NCBI GenBank assembly: GCA_945889645.1
Contig: CAMDCA010000005.1
Coordinates: 7,728 to 71,727 of the forward strand
Source: Rhizobium sp. Q54
Lineage (GTDB): Bacteria; Pseudomonadota; Alphaproteobacteria; UBA2966; CAIVPW01
DNA: 64,000 nt
Reading direction: 5' to 3'
The notes below the pieces were generated by a model, which saw only the letters and a program-made list of their open reading frames with translations, ran no database searches and was not told the DNA's origin. Position 1 is the stretch's first letter. Every line of letters begins with the position of its first letter. Shown in pieces: positions 9,863-20,754 of the stretch. The position numbers and the translations under genes are program-made.

Positions 9863-11293
9863 TTAGAACGAGAACTTAGTCTGGACGTTGATGCCGTGGG
9901 CGGTACGCGTCGCTTGCGTGTCGGTGGCGTCAAGCCCGGTGTGGTGGGTGTAGCGGTAGTTCGTGTAGCCGACGCTGAACGCGACGCCCGGGCCGACGGT
10001 CCAATCGTAGACGGCGTCGATCGAACGAACCTTGGACTGGTGGTCCGGATCAACGTTGTTGTCTTTCCAATCCTGCTGGCGGAGGCCAAGGCGAAGCGTC
10101 CTGCCGGAGCCGAGGCCGGTGTAGTTCACACCGACGTCCCAGCGCACGGCCGTATCTTCGCCGGTGCCAGCGGCATTGGCGGCAACAGCGGTGACGGCCG
10201 GAGTGCCGACGTTGCCCGGGGTTGCGGCAACCGCGGCAACCGCGGCAACCGCCGCATCACCCAGCTGTTCCGTCGTCGCCTTCTCGTAGCCCGCGCCGAA
10301 CTCCCATACGCCCATCGTATAGGTCGCGCCAATGCCCCAGACCTTCACGTCTTCGTCCTGGAGAACCGACACTGCGTTGCGGAGGGCCTTGCGGTAGTGG
10401 CCGCCGAGGGTGAGGGCACCGATCTGATAGTCCGCGCCGAGACGCCAACGCGTGTTCGCGCTCACCATGGTCGCAGTGGAATCCTTGTTCTCCGCCGCCG
10501 ACGTGCCGTACGCCAGCGAGAAGCGCAGGCGGTTGCCGCCGACCGATCCGGCCCATGCACCTTGGATGTGCATGTCGTTGTTTGCTTCGCCGACATCGTC
10601 ATTCTGCGTCGTGCCGATGGTGTTTTCCAGCGCTAGATCCGGGGCATACGCTATCATCAGGCGGAACCCGTTCATCGCGGGTGCCTCATAGATGACGCGA
10701 TTGCGGCCGGCGTTGACCGAGACCGTATTCGTGAAGCTGGCGCGGTTGCTCCCGGCGACGGCAAGGGCGTCACCGGCATCGTCGTTCAGCGAGATGCCGG
10801 AGGCGGACGTGTAGGTGCGGGGGGCGCTGATTGCGTAGCCGCCCGGCTCACCGACGCCACCCAAGGTCACCTTGCCGAGGCGGCCGTCGAGGTACATGAA
10901 GTTGTCGTCGATGTAGTCGGCGCAGCTCGCGTTCGAGCGAACCGTGGAGCTGAGCGGAGCGACGAGCGAGCAGAACTTGTTGTTCTTGGGCTCGGTGCCA
11001 CCCGCCTCAAGTTCGATTTCCCAGCCGACCTTGACGCCATTGGACAGCGTCGCGGCGCCGCGGAATTCGAGCTCGGCATCAAATCCGAACGCGAGATTGC
11101 GCGGATTGTCAGTGCCCGTTTCAGTGTTCGTGCCCGGATAGGCCGTCTGATACCACGCGTTGAACGTGGTGAAGCCGCCCAGCGACAGATTGAAATTGGT
11201 CGCCGTCATCGCCGTACGGGCCTGGCCGAGCGCCGGACCGGCAAACATGCCGGCGGCGAGCAGTGCCGTGGTCCCCAAAAGTACTTTCTTCAT
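9863..11293 (-). CDS. Outer membrane porin (alphaproteobacterial Porin_4-like)
   Basis: MKKVLLGTTAL signal peptide, ELEFRG..TLSNG..VGWEIELE, amphipathic beta strands, C-terminal Phe. Confidence 0.85.
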   Translation of the reverse strand: MKKVLLGTTALLAAGMFAGPALGQARTAMTATNFNLSLGGFTTFNAWYQTAYPGTNTETGTDNPRNLAFGFDAELEFRGAATLSNGVKVGWEIELEAGGTEPKNNKFCSLVAPLSSTVRSNASCADYIDDNFMYLDGRLGKVTLGGVGEPGGYAISAPRTYTSASGISLNDDAGDALAVAGSNRASFTNTVSVNAGRNRVIYEAPAMNGFRLMIAYAPDLALENTIGTTQNDDVGEANNDMHIQGAWAGSVGGNRLRFSLAYGTSAAENKDSTATMVSANTRWRLGADYQIGALTLGGHYRKALRNAVSVLQDEDVKVWGIGATYTMGVWEFGAGYEKATTEQLGDAAVAAVAAVAATPGNVGTPAVTAVAANAAGTGEDTAVRWDVGVNYTGLGSGRTLRLGLRQQDWKDNNVDPDHQSKVRSIDAVYDWTVGPGVAFSVGYTNYRYTHHTGLDATDTQATRTAHGINVQTKFSF

Positions 11294-11680
11294 CCCCGCG
11301 TCTCCTCAGAGTTGTCTGTTACGAACGGAATCCGCTTAGCAGCTATCCTCTCGGCGGAGAATCCGCGAAAGAACTGCAAAATTTCTGACACCCCGGCCGC
11401 CGATGGTCAAGGTTTTGGCGGCAACGGCTGTGTCGAATTTTCCCCAGTGTGACTTGCGAGGCACATGGTTAAGACGAAGGTATGGGGCGGGATTCCGACC
11501 GCACTGGCGCGGGAACGCGCATTTGCGGTTTGGCGCCATGGGGCCGCCCGTCTATACTTCGACCCCACGTTTTTCTTTGCCCGTACCGGCGTTTTTCTTG
11601 CCATGACCCAAGTATTTCAGTCGCGGCCCAGCACAACCTCGTCCAGCCGTTCGGCCCTTTGTGCCCCGAGGGAAGGGCGT

Positions 11681-12184
11681 TTGGAGGGACGGCGCGGGTT
11701 TCTTGTCGTCGCGACTCTGGCTCTGGCCTTGGCCGGATGCGGGGCGATCGAGCCGGCGCCGCCCGAGCCGGCGCAGCAGACACAAGGCATGTTCGGTCCG
11801 AACGGCATTCCTTTGTTCTCTACTGGGCAGCAGACGGGCCAGCGCACCGGCGGCGAGATCGGCGTCAACGCGTTCCTGTGGCGCGCGACGCTCGACACCA
11901 TCGCCTTCATGCCGCTGGCGTCCGCCGATCCGTTTGGCGGCGTCATCATCACCGACTGGTACGCGCCGCCCACCACCACGGGCGCCGAGCGCTTCAAGCT
12001 CAACGTCCTGATCAAGGACCAGCGGCTGCGCTCGGACGGCGTAAAAGTGACCGTTTTCCGCCAGGAACGAGCTGGCGCCGAGTGGCGCGATGCAGGCACC
12101 AATGCGGCCACCGGCACCGAACTCGAGAACGCCATTCTGACGCGTGCGCGGCAGATGTGGCTGGACGCCGCCGCGGCTCCCTAG
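11681..12184 (+). CDS. DUF3576-family lipoprotein
   Basis: Lipobox LAGC; IGVNAFLWRATLDTIAFMPL.SADPFGGVIITDWY; usual position upstream of leuS; start uncertain. Confidence 0.85.
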   Translation: MEGRRGFLVVATLALALAGCGAIEPAPPEPAQQTQGMFGPNGIPLFSTGQQTGQRTGGEIGVNAFLWRATLDTIAFMPLASADPFGGVIITDWYAPPTTTGAERFKLNVLIKDQRLRSDGVKVTVFRQERAGAEWRDAGTNAATGTELENAILTRARQMWLDAAAAP

Positions 12185-12199
12185 CCGCGGGAGCAAGCG

Positions 12200-14779
12200 A
12201 TGGGTCGCTACGAGCCGGCAGCCGCCGAACAGAAATGGCAGGCGGTGTGGACCGAGCGCGGCGCGTTTCTGTGCCGCGACGATAGTCCACGGCCCAAGTA
12301 TTACGTCCTGGAGATGTTTCCCTATCCATCGGGGCGCATCCACATGGGCCACGTCCGCAACTACACGCTGGGCGACGTGGTGGCGCGCTACAAGCGCGCC
12401 AAGGGCTTCAACGTCCTGCACCCGATGGGTTGGGACGCCTTTGGGCTGCCGGCCGAGAATGCCGCCCGCGACAAGGGTGTGCATCCCCGCGATTGGACGC
12501 TGGCCAACATCGCCACGATGCGGGGCGAACTCCAGCGCATGGGGTTGTCGATCGATTGGTCGCGCGAGATTGCGACTTGTCACCCGGGCTACTACCAGCA
12601 TCAGCAGAAGCTGTTCCTCGACTTCCTGAAGGCCGGGCTGGCCTATCGCAAAAAGGCCCGGGTGAACTGGGATCCGATCGATCAGACAGTTCTTGCCAAT
12701 GAGCAGGTGATCGAGGGCAAGGGCTGGCGGTCGGGCGCCCCGGTCGAGAAGCGCGAGCTCGAACAGTGGTTCTTTTCCATCACGCGGTTCGCCGAGGACC
12801 TGCTGCAGTCGTTGGACCGTCTGGAGAGCTGGCCCGAGCGCGTCCGCATCATGCAGCGGAATTGGATCGGCCGGTCGGAAGGGGCCCGGGTCCAATGGGA
12901 GATTGTCGGCCAGAAGGCTCCCCTGGAGGTCTACACCACGCGGCCCGACACGTTGTTTGGGGCGGCCTTCCTTGCGGTTTCCGCCGACCATCCGGTTGCC
13001 GCGGGCGTTGCCGCAAGGGACGCGAACGCTCGCGCGTTTATCGCCGAGTGCCACAGCTTGGGCACCAGCCTGGAGGCAATTGAGGCCGCGGAAAAAAAGG
13101 GCTTCGACACCAAGCTGCGCGCCAAGCACCCGCTCAAGGCTGGCGAAACGGTGCCGGTGTACATCGCCAATTTCGTGCTGATGGAGTACGGCACGGGCGC
13201 CATTTTCGGCTGCCCGGCCCACGACCAGCGCGACTTGGATTTCGCACGCAAGTACGGATTGCCGGTACGCCGCGTGGTGGCTCCTGCGGGCGGCGCCGCC
13301 GACGGCGAGATTGGCGCCGAGGCGGAGACGGGGGATGGCGTCCTGATCAACTCGGATTTCCTCAACGGCCTGACCGTCGCCGCGGCGAAGGTTGAGGTCG
13401 CGCAGCGCCTGGAGCGGGACGGCATCGGCAAGCGCGAGATCAACTACCGGCTGCGCGACTGGGGTGTGTCGCGGCAGCGCTATTGGGGCTGTCCGATTCC
13501 GGTGGTGCACTGCGCCGGCTGCGGCATCGTGCCCGTACCGGAAGCCGAATTGCCGGTGCGCCTGCCGGATGACGCGCGCTTCGACGAGTCCGGCAACCCG
13601 CTGGAGAACCATCCGACCTGGAAGCACACGACGTGCCCGCGCTGCCGCAAGGCCGCGCGCCGCGAGACCGACACCTTGGATACGTTCGTCGATTCGTCGT
13701 GGTACTTCGCCCGCTTCTGCGCACCGCGCGCCAACGTCCCGGTGGACCGCAAGGCGGTCGATACCTGGTTGCCGGTCGATCAGTACATCGGCGGCATCGA
13801 GCATGCCGTGCTGCATCTGCTGTACGCGCGCTTCTTCACCCGCGGCCTGCAGGCGACCGGGCATGTCGGATTGGATGAGCCGTTCTCGGCCCTGTTCACC
13901 CAGGGCATGGTCGGGCACCAGACCTTCAAGGACGACCAGGGCAAATGGATCTATCCGGCCGACGCCGTGGTCGCCGAGGACGGGACCGCGCGGCACAAGG
14001 ACACCGGCCGGCCGGTCACCGTCGGTCGCTCCGAGAAGATGTCGAAGTCGTTGAAGAACGTCGTTGATCCCGGCGCCATCATCGACCGATTCGGGGCCGA
14101 TACGGCGCGGTGGTTCATGCTGTCGGATTCGCCGCCGGAACGCGATCTGGAGTGGACCGACGCCGGCGCCGCCGGCGCGTTCCGGTTCATCCAGCGGCTG
14201 TGGCGCCTGTTCGATGAAAGCGCCGATCAACTGCCGACGCCGCGCACGCCCGCGCCGAAGTCGTTCGGCAGCGACGCAACCGCATTGCGCGCTGTGACGC
14301 ACCGTACGGTGGCCAAGATCAGCGCCGACGTCGAGCGCTTCCGCTTCAACGTGGCGGTGGCGCGGCTTTATGAATTCGTCAACGCGTTGGCGCCGGACAC
14401 CGGTGCCGCCAAGGGTGCGGACTGGCTGTGGGCGCGCCGCGAAGCGCTGGAGGCGCTGGCCCGTCTGATCGCGCCCATGGTGCCTCACCTGGCGGAGGAA
14501 GCTTGGCGGCGCCTGGGGCACGCGACGTTGGTGGTCGATGAGCCGTGGCCGGAGCATGACGAGGCGTTGGCGCGCGAGGACGTGGTCACTATCGGTGTGC
14601 AGGTGAACGGCAAGCTGCGCGGCACCATCGAGGTGTCGGTGGGGATGGCCGAGGCCGCCGTGCGCGCACTGGCGCTGAAGGAAGCTGAGGCGCAGGAGCG
14701 CATTCGCACGGCCCTCGAGGGCAAGCCGATCCGCAAGGTGATTGTGGTGCAGGATCGCATCGTCAACATTGTGGTGTGA
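12200..14779 (+). CDS. leuS: Leucine--tRNA ligase
   Basis: MFPYPSG..HMGH and KMSKS class I motifs, TTRPDT editing domain. Confidence 0.98.
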   Translation: MGRYEPAAAEQKWQAVWTERGAFLCRDDSPRPKYYVLEMFPYPSGRIHMGHVRNYTLGDVVARYKRAKGFNVLHPMGWDAFGLPAENAARDKGVHPRDWTLANIATMRGELQRMGLSIDWSREIATCHPGYYQHQQKLFLDFLKAGLAYRKKARVNWDPIDQTVLANEQVIEGKGWRSGAPVEKRELEQWFFSITRFAEDLLQSLDRLESWPERVRIMQRNWIGRSEGARVQWEIVGQKAPLEVYTTRPDTLFGAAFLAVSADHPVAAGVAARDANARAFIAECHSLGTSLEAIEAAEKKGFDTKLRAKHPLKAGETVPVYIANFVLMEYGTGAIFGCPAHDQRDLDFARKYGLPVRRVVAPAGGAADGEIGAEAETGDGVLINSDFLNGLTVAAAKVEVAQRLERDGIGKREINYRLRDWGVSRQRYWGCPIPVVHCAGCGIVPVPEAELPVRLPDDARFDESGNPLENHPTWKHTTCPRCRKAARRETDTLDTFVDSSWYFARFCAPRANVPVDRKAVDTWLPVDQYIGGIEHAVLHLLYARFFTRGLQATGHVGLDEPFSALFTQGMVGHQTFKDDQGKWIYPADAVVAEDGTARHKDTGRPVTVGRSEKMSKSLKNVVDPGAIIDRFGADTARWFMLSDSPPERDLEWTDAGAAGAFRFIQRLWRLFDESADQLPTPRTPAPKSFGSDATALRAVTHRTVAKISADVERFRFNVAVARLYEFVNALAPDTGAAKGADWLWARREALEALARLIAPMVPHLAEEAWRRLGHATLVVDEPWPEHDEALAREDVVTIGVQVNGKLRGTIEVSVGMAEAAVRALALKEAEAQERIRTALEGKPIRKVIVVQDRIVNIVV

Positions 14780-15297
14780 CGTTGCGTTGGGACCGGCGGG
14801 CGCTGCTGGCGGCGATCGGAAGCATCCCGATGTTTTTGACCGCGTGCGGATTTCAACCGCTGTACGGTATCGATCGCCGTGCGGCCGACATCGTCGTCGA
14901 GCTTGGCGACATTCGCATCCCGGAGCTCGAGGACCGGTTGGGGCAGATCGTGCGCAACGAGCTGCTGGACCTGGTCACCCCGTTGGGCGAGCCGAAGCCT
15001 CCGCGCTACGTGCTGCGCGTTGACCTGAAGGAACAGAAGGAAGGTCTCGCGATGGAGCGCGACGCGACGATCACGCGCTTCAATCTGACTTTGACGGCCG
15101 AGTACGAGCTGACTGACGCGGTGACCCGGGCTCGGCTTAGCAATGGGACGGTGCGGGCGACGGCCGCCTACAACGTGGTGCGGTCCGAGTTCGCGAATGT
15201 CATCGCCGGACGCGACGCCGAAGTGCGTGCGGCGCGGGTGGTGGCGGAGGAAATCAAGACGCGCCTGTCGATCTACTTCTCGCGCGCTTCGCGGTGA
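14776..15297 (+). CDS. lptE: LPS assembly lipoprotein
   Basis: [11 protein letters not shown] lipobox; position between leuS and holA. Confidence 0.85.
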   Translation: MTLRWDRRALLAAIGSIPMFLTACGFQPLYGIDRRAADIVVELGDIRIPELEDRLGQIVRNELLDLVTPLGEPKPPRYVLRVDLKEQKEGLAMERDATITRFNLTLTAEYELTDAVTRARLSNGTVRATAAYNVVRSEFANVIAGRDAEVRAARVVAEEIKTRLSIYFSRASR

Positions 15298-15301
15298 CGC
15301 G

Positions 15302-16345
15302 ATGAAGGTCTCAAGCAGCGCCGCAGACGGGTTCGCGCGCCGGCCGGATCGTTCCTGTGTGCTGGTGTACGGGCCGGACCATGGCCTGGTGCGCGAGCGG
15401 GTGACGGCGCTGGCCCGGGCCGTGCTGGGGAAGGACTTCGGTGATCCGTTCCGCTCGGCCGACTTGCAGGGCACGGCCGTGGCGGCCGACTGCGCGCTTC
15501 TGGTCGACGAGGCAGCCGCGCTGGCGCTGACCGGCGGCCGTCGGGTCGTGCGGGTGAGCAATGCCACCGACGGTTCGGCGGAAGCGTTTGCGACGGTCTT
15601 AAAGGTGCGGGCCGGACGCCCCGCCGGTGAGGAGTCGTTGGTCATCGCTGAGGCCGGTGAGCTGGGGCCCCGGTCGGCACTGCGCCGATTGTTCGAGGAA
15701 TCGGCCGATGCCGCCTCGGTCGCTTGCTACGCCGTCGCCGATGAGGACTTGGTCGGCTTTGCTGAGGCAGCGTTGCGCAAAGCCGGCCATTCGATTGAGC
15801 CGGGGGCGCTGGACTTGTTCGGCAGCGCATCGATTAACGATCGGTCGGTTTTACGCTCCGAACTGGAGAAGGTGAGCTTGTTCGTTGGCCCCGGGGCGGT
15901 TGTGCGCGCCGAAGCGGTTGCCGCAAGTCTGGGCGATTCCCTGGAGAGCGACCTCGACGACGTCGCGCTGGCGGTCGCCACAGGAGATCTGGAACGGCTG
16001 GACGCTGCGATGGCGAAGGCGTTCTCCGCCGGCCAGGGCGGGATCACCGTATTACGAGCGGTCGGTCGGGAGTTAATCAAGCTGTACCCCGCGGTGGCCG
16101 CAGTCGGCGCCGGGGCGAGCGTGGAGGGTGCCGTGGGGCAAATCCGCCCGCTCGTGTTTTTCAAGCATAAGCCGCTGTATCTAAAGGCGACTCGCTCGTG
16201 GCGCACGGACGATGTCGCACGGGCGATCGAGATGATCGCCGAGGCGGAGTTGGTGTGCAAATCGGGCCTTGCGCCAGACGAGCCAATCGTGTGGCGCGCG
16301 TTGTCGCGCGTCGCCCACGCTGCCCGTCGATCGATTCCCGCCTAA
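15302..16345 (+). CDS. holA: DNA polymerase III delta subunit
   Basis: LVYGPDHGLVRER, ELEKVSLF, PLVFFK; synteny. Confidence 0.9.
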   Translation: MKVSSSAADGFARRPDRSCVLVYGPDHGLVRERVTALARAVLGKDFGDPFRSADLQGTAVAADCALLVDEAAALALTGGRRVVRVSNATDGSAEAFATVLKVRAGRPAGEESLVIAEAGELGPRSALRRLFEESADAASVACYAVADEDLVGFAEAALRKAGHSIEPGALDLFGSASINDRSVLRSELEKVSLFVGPGAVVRAEAVAASLGDSLESDLDDVALAVATGDLERLDAAMAKAFSAGQGGITVLRAVGRELIKLYPAVAAVGAGASVEGAVGQIRPLVFFKHKPLYLKATRSWRTDDVARAIEMIAEAELVCKSGLAPDEPIVWRALSRVAHAARRSIPA

Positions 16346-17325
16346 AACCGATCGTTCGCTATCGCCGCGAGGGCGGCGGAGACATCTGTGTCGGACCACT
16401 CAGTCGCTTCGTCCGCGGGCCGCATGTCGCTCTCGCCGATCAGCACGCGGGCGAGCCGCTTACAGATTTCATCCAGTTGTTCGAGTGTCTTGTAGCTGAC
16501 GCGCACCTCGCCGCCTTCGTCGCCCTTATGGTGGATTGCGACCGGGAGACCCAGCGCCCGGGCGATATCGTGCTCCAGCGCGAGGGTATCGTTGTCCTTC
16601 TTTGCCGGAGCTTTACGAACAGATGTTCCGCCGGCTTCCGCAACAGCTTGCGCGAGCTTTTCGGTCTGACGAACGTTCAGTCCCTGACTGACCACGCGTT
16701 TGGCGAGGTCGATCGGATCTGACGCGGTCAACAGAGCGCGGGCATGTCCCGCCGACAGCTTGCCCTCGTCAACCATCGCCTTCACGTCATCTGGCAACCC
16801 CAGCAGCCGCAACATATTTGCCAGGTGGCTGCGGCTCTTGCCAAGCGCCTTGGCCAGATGTTCTTGAGTATGCCCGAACTCGTCCATCAGCCGTCGATAG
16901 CCTTCGGCCTCCTCCAGCGCCGTCAGGTTCTGTCGTTGCAGGTTCTCGACCAGCGCCACTTCCAGGGCGTCTGAATCGGAGAGTTCCTTGATGACAACCG
17001 GAACCTGGTGGAGCTGGGCCTGCTGCGCGGCCCGCCACCGGCGTTCGCCCGCGACGATCTCGTACGCTTCGTCGGCGCCCTCGCCGATCCGCCGAACTAG
17101 GATCGGCTGTAGAACGCCGCGTTCCCGGACCGAGGAGACAAGCTCGGCGATTTCGTCGGCGTCGAAACGACGCCGCGGCTGATACTTGCCCGGACGCAAC
17201 CGATCGATCGGAACCTCGCGTTGCGAGCGAACCTTATCGAGGGACGCGTAATCCTTTGCGTCGTCCCCAAGCAGGGACGATAAGCCACGACCCAAACCGT
17301 GACGCTTGCCGCTCTCTTCCGTCAT
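16342..17325 (-). CDS. parB: Chromosome partitioning protein ParB
   Basis: LGRGL, QPR, GVLQPILVR, AGERRWRAA, ENLQR, HTH KSRSHLANMLRLL. Confidence 0.96.
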   Translation of the reverse strand: MTEESGKRHGLGRGLSSLLGDDAKDYASLDKVRSQREVPIDRLRPGKYQPRRRFDADEIAELVSSVRERGVLQPILVRRIGEGADEAYEIVAGERRWRAAQQAQLHQVPVVIKELSDSDALEVALVENLQRQNLTALEEAEGYRRLMDEFGHTQEHLAKALGKSRSHLANMLRLLGLPDDVKAMVDEGKLSAGHARALLTASDPIDLAKRVVSQGLNVRQTEKLAQAVAEAGGTSVRKAPAKKDNDTLALEHDIARALGLPVAIHHKGDEGGEVRVSYKTLEQLDEICKRLARVLIGESDMRPADEATEWSDTDVSAALAAIANDRF

Positions 17326-17388
17326 GACGCCCTCCTGCATTTGGTTGCCCAAGCCAAACGACGCAGAGCGTCGCTGACTTACCAACTA

Positions 17389-18228
17389 CTAGGCGGCCTG
17401 TAACGACCGTTCGCGCTTGAGGATCTCTCGCGCAAGGTCAATGTAGGCTTGACTACCGGAACACGTATGGTCGTACAGAAGGGCCGGCTTCCCGAAAGAC
17501 GGCGCCTCCGAAATACGAACGTTCCGCGGAATCACCGTGCTATAGACTTTGTCGCCCAAGTGTCCTCGGACGTCGTCCGCAACCTGGCCCGACAGATTGT
17601 TTCGCTTGTCGAACATCGTCAGCACAATCCCTTGAATCTCCAGTTTCGGATTCAAAGAGTTCTTGACACGATCAATCGTACGTAACAGGTGGCTCAGCCC
17701 CTCCAGCGCATAGAACTCGCACTGCAACGGAACGAGGAGCGCATCCGCCGCCACCATCCCATTTAGGGTCAACAGCCCAAGCGAAGGAGGGCAGTCGATC
17801 AAAATGTGATCGTACTGGTTGACGACCGGCGCGAGCGCCTCGCGCAGGCGAAAGGCCCGGCGGTCCATCGCCACTAGGTCGAGCTCCGCGCCAGACAGAT
17901 CGACGGTGGCTGGGACCACCCGCAGTCCCGGGATTTCCGTCTCGACGGTTGCCTGCTCGACGGTAACGGAGCCAAGGATCACTTGGTAGGTGCTGGCATC
18001 TCTCTGGCCGGCCCGGATGCCGAGACCGGTACTGGCGTTGCCCTGTGGGTCTAGGTCCACGAGCAAGACCTTCTGGCCCACGGCCACCAAGGCGGTCGCG
18101 ACGTTGATGGCGGTGGTCGTCTTTCCGACTCCGCCCTTCTGATTGGCAACACAAACGACCCGGGCAGGCCGCGCCGGCTCGAGGTTCTCAGGGTCCGGAC
18201 GTATCGGTTGCTGTTCCACGTGAAACAC
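17389..18228 (-). CDS. parA: Chromosome partitioning ATPase ParA
   Basis: NQKGGVGKTTT deviant Walker A, DLDPQGNAS, IDCPP, IPRNVRISEAPS; GTG start. Confidence 0.95.
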   Translation of the reverse strand: MFHVEQQPIRPDPENLEPARPARVVCVANQKGGVGKTTTAINVATALVAVGQKVLLVDLDPQGNASTGLGIRAGQRDASTYQVILGSVTVEQATVETEIPGLRVVPATVDLSGAELDLVAMDRRAFRLREALAPVVNQYDHILIDCPPSLGLLTLNGMVAADALLVPLQCEFYALEGLSHLLRTIDRVKNSLNPKLEIQGIVLTMFDKRNNLSGQVADDVRGHLGDKVYSTVIPRNVRISEAPSFGKPALLYDHTCSGSQAYIDLAREILKRERSLQAA

Positions 18229-18853
18229 CTTGGATCCGCAGGATCGCGGACGCGGGGTCCGTCCTGCTCGGCAGCACTTCGGAGGTCATTCTCCGCTCCT
18301 TGCCCAACGCGGTCAATCCCATCTGCGCGGATTGGCCGACGGGAAGCAGGTAGGTCGTCTCCGAATCCACCAAGTGCCCGGTCTGCCGCAGCACCTCGTC
18401 CGGCCGAGTCCAAGCTCGAGCGGTGAGGACATCGACAGACCCCCCGAGCGTTTCACGTGAAACATCCTGCACCCGTTTCGGATGAACCGTCACGCCGCCT
18501 AGACCAAGCACCCGAGCTGCCTCGTTCAAGAACGCGCCCTTTCGGACGTCGGATTCGATGAGGTGAACCCGAGGCGCACCCATGGCCGCGAGGATCAGAC
18601 CTGGAAACCCGGCACCGGAACCGACATCCACCCAAACCTTCGCGCCGATGGGTGCGAGCGGAAATAGCTGGGCGCTATCCAGGAAGTGGCGGCGCCAAAG
18701 ATTCCGAAGGGTGTTTGGACCAACAAGATTGATCGCGGCCTGCCACTTCCGCAGCAGCGCTTCGTAAGCCCTCAGACGCTCGACGACATCGGGACCAGCG
18801 CCCGTCGCCCCCGCAAATTCCACAGGAGTAAGGGGCCGAAGTTCGCCGCCCAT
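18188..18853 (-). CDS. rsmG: 16S rRNA m7G527 methyltransferase
   Basis: INLV, RHFLDS, DVGSGAGFPG, TARA. Confidence 0.92.
   Translation of the reverse strand: MGGELRPLTPVEFAGATGAGPDVVERLRAYEALLRKWQAAINLVGPNTLRNLWRRHFLDSAQLFPLAPIGAKVWVDVGSGAGFPGLILAAMGAPRVHLIESDVRKGAFLNEAARVLGLGGVTVHPKRVQDVSRETLGGSVDVLTARAWTRPDEVLRQTGHLVDSETTYLLPVGQSAQMGLTALGKERRMTSEVLPSRTDPASAILRIQGVSRGTATDTSGP
18212..18227. promoter_or_regulatory. parS centromere site 1
   Basis: TGTTCCACGTGAAACA matches consensus TGTTNCACGTGAAACA. Confidence 0.92.
18449..18464. promoter_or_regulatory. parS centromere site 2
   Basis: CGTTTCACGTGAAACA, one mismatch from the perfect palindrome; inside rsmG. Confidence 0.9.
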
Positions 18854-20754
18854 CAGGCCGCCGTGCGCCCGCGCACGTATCCCAACAGACGCGCAAGGCC
18901 CGCCGGAGTCATCCCAGGAATGCGCGACGCCGCGCCGAGGCTCACCGGCCGGACCGCCGATAGCTTCGCCCGAACCTCGTTCGACAGGCCGGGGATCGCC
19001 TCGTACGAAAGGTCGAGCGGCAGCCGAAGGTTCTCGTCGCGCCCAAACGAGGCGATATCGCCCTCCTGGCGATCCAAGTACGACGCGTATCGGCCCTCAA
19101 TTCCGATCTGCTCCCAAACGGCCGCGGACAGCGCCCCCAACTCAGGCCAGACCGCCCGCAGCTGATCCGGACTCGCGAGACCTGTACCGAGGATCGCGAA
19201 CCCACTCCGCCGCTGGCCATCGTGGTTAACCTGGATCCCATGGGCAGCGGCCTGGTTCGGGGTCAGGGTACGCTCGACCAGCATCTGCCGGCCGGAGTCC
19301 ATCCGCGCCTGCTTCCTGCGGTGGTGCGCCAGCCGCTCTGAGCTGACGAGCCCCAACTCCGCACCGCGCTCTGTCAGCCGCTGATCGGCGTTATCCGCTC
19401 GGAGCGTCAGGCGGTATTCCGCCCGCGACGTGAACATGCGGTACGGCTCTGAGGTACCCCGCGTCACCAGGTCGTCGATCAGCACGCCGATGTAGGCTTC
19501 GGCCCGACCCACCTCGAATGCCGGCAACCCAATGGACTGCCGCCCAGCGTTCGCTCCGGCAACGATCCCTTGCGCGGCCGCCTCCTCGTACCCGGTGGTG
19601 CCGTTGATCTGCCCGGCCAGGAAAAACCCGGCAACGCGGCGCGTCTCTAGGGTCGGAGTCAGCTCGCGCGGATCGACATAGTCGTATTCGATGGCGTAGC
19701 CGGGCCGAATGACCCGGGCATGATCGAGCCCCGGGATCGAGTGAACGATCTCGTCCTGCACCTCCGCGGGCAGCGACGTCGAAATCCCGTTTGGATAGAC
19801 GGTGTCGTCGTCCAGCCCCTCGGGCTCCAGGAAGATCGTGTGGCTGGTCCGGTCGGCGAACCGAACCACCTTGTCCTCGATCGACGGGCAGTATCGCGGG
19901 CCCACACTCTCGATCTGGCCCGAATACATCGGCGACTGATGCAGATTGGCACGAATGATCGCGTGCGTGCGCTCGGTCGTCGCCGTCTGATGACAATGCA
20001 CTTGCCGCGTCGCAATCCGATCGGCCGTGAATGAAAACGGCTCCGGCGGCTCGTCGCCGGGCTGCGCCTGCAGTGCCGCGTAATCGATCGTCCGGCCGTC
20101 AAGTCTCGGCGGAGTCCCCGTCTTCAGGCGCCCAAGCGCGAATCCCAAACGACCGAGCGTACTGGATAGCCCGAGCGACGGCGCCTCCCCCACCCGACCG
20201 GCCGGCGTGGTCTGCGTGCCCAGATGGATCAGGCCGCGCAAGAACGTGCCCGTCGTCAGCACGACCGCACGCGCGGCGACCACTCCGCCGCCCTTTAGAA
20301 CGACGCCAGAGACGGTTGGCCGGCCGGCCCGAATAGCGACCGAAAGGTCGTCTACCTCGCCCTCGGCGATCGACAATCTGGGTGTTGTGGCAAGCGTCTC
20401 CTGCATCCACAACCGGTAGAGCCTCCGGTCTGCCTGGGCTCGCGGACCACGAACGGCCGGACCTTTGCTGCGGTTCAAAACGCGGAAATGAATCCCGGCG
20501 GCGTCCGCAGCCCGCGCCATGACTCCGTCCAGCGCGTCAATCTCCCGAACGAGATGACCTTTTCCCACTCCCCCGATCGCCGGGTTGCACGACATCGCAC
20601 CAATCGTGTCGAACCGATGCGTGACGAGGAGCGTTCGCGCACCAACCCGCGCCGAAGCAGCGGCGGCCTCACACCCTGCGTGGCCGCCGCCGATCACGAT
20701 AACGTCGAACGAACGGTCGACGATATCAGCGAGAGACGCCGTTCTATTTGCCAA
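18853..20754 (-). CDS. mnmG: tRNA U34 modification enzyme MnmG (GidA)
   Basis: [49 protein letters not shown]; start uncertain (TTG 20754 or ATG 20778, both overlapping mnmE). Confidence 0.95.
   Translation of the reverse strand: MANRTASLADIVDRSFDVIVIGGGHAGCEAAAASARVGARTLLVTHRFDTIGAMSCNPAIGGVGKGHLVREIDALDGVMARAADAAGIHFRVLNRSKGPAVRGPRAQADRRLYRLWMQETLATTPRLSIAEGEVDDLSVAIRAGRPTVSGVVLKGGGVVAARAVVLTTGTFLRGLIHLGTQTTPAGRVGEAPSLGLSSTLGRLGFALGRLKTGTPPRLDGRTIDYAALQAQPGDEPPEPFSFTADRIATRQVHCHQTATTERTHAIIRANLHQSPMYSGQIESVGPRYCPSIEDKVVRFADRTSHTIFLEPEGLDDDTVYPNGISTSLPAEVQDEIVHSIPGLDHARVIRPGYAIEYDYVDPRELTPTLETRRVAGFFLAGQINGTTGYEEAAAQGIVAGANAGRQSIGLPAFEVGRAEAYIGVLIDDLVTRGTSEPYRMFTSRAEYRLTLRADNADQRLTERGAELGLVSSERLAHHRRKQARMDSGRQMLVERTLTPNQAAAHGIQVNHDGQRRSGFAILGTGLASPDQLRAVWPELGALSAAVWEQIGIEGRYASYLDRQEGDIASFGRDENLRLPLDLSYEAIPGLSNEVRAKLSAVRPVSLGAASRIPGMTPAGLARLLGYVRGRTAA

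Noticed and set aside
11552..14557. 1001 aa ORF antisense to leuS
   Set aside because: Shadow ORF caused by GC-rich codon bias of the sense gene; no recognisable motifs.
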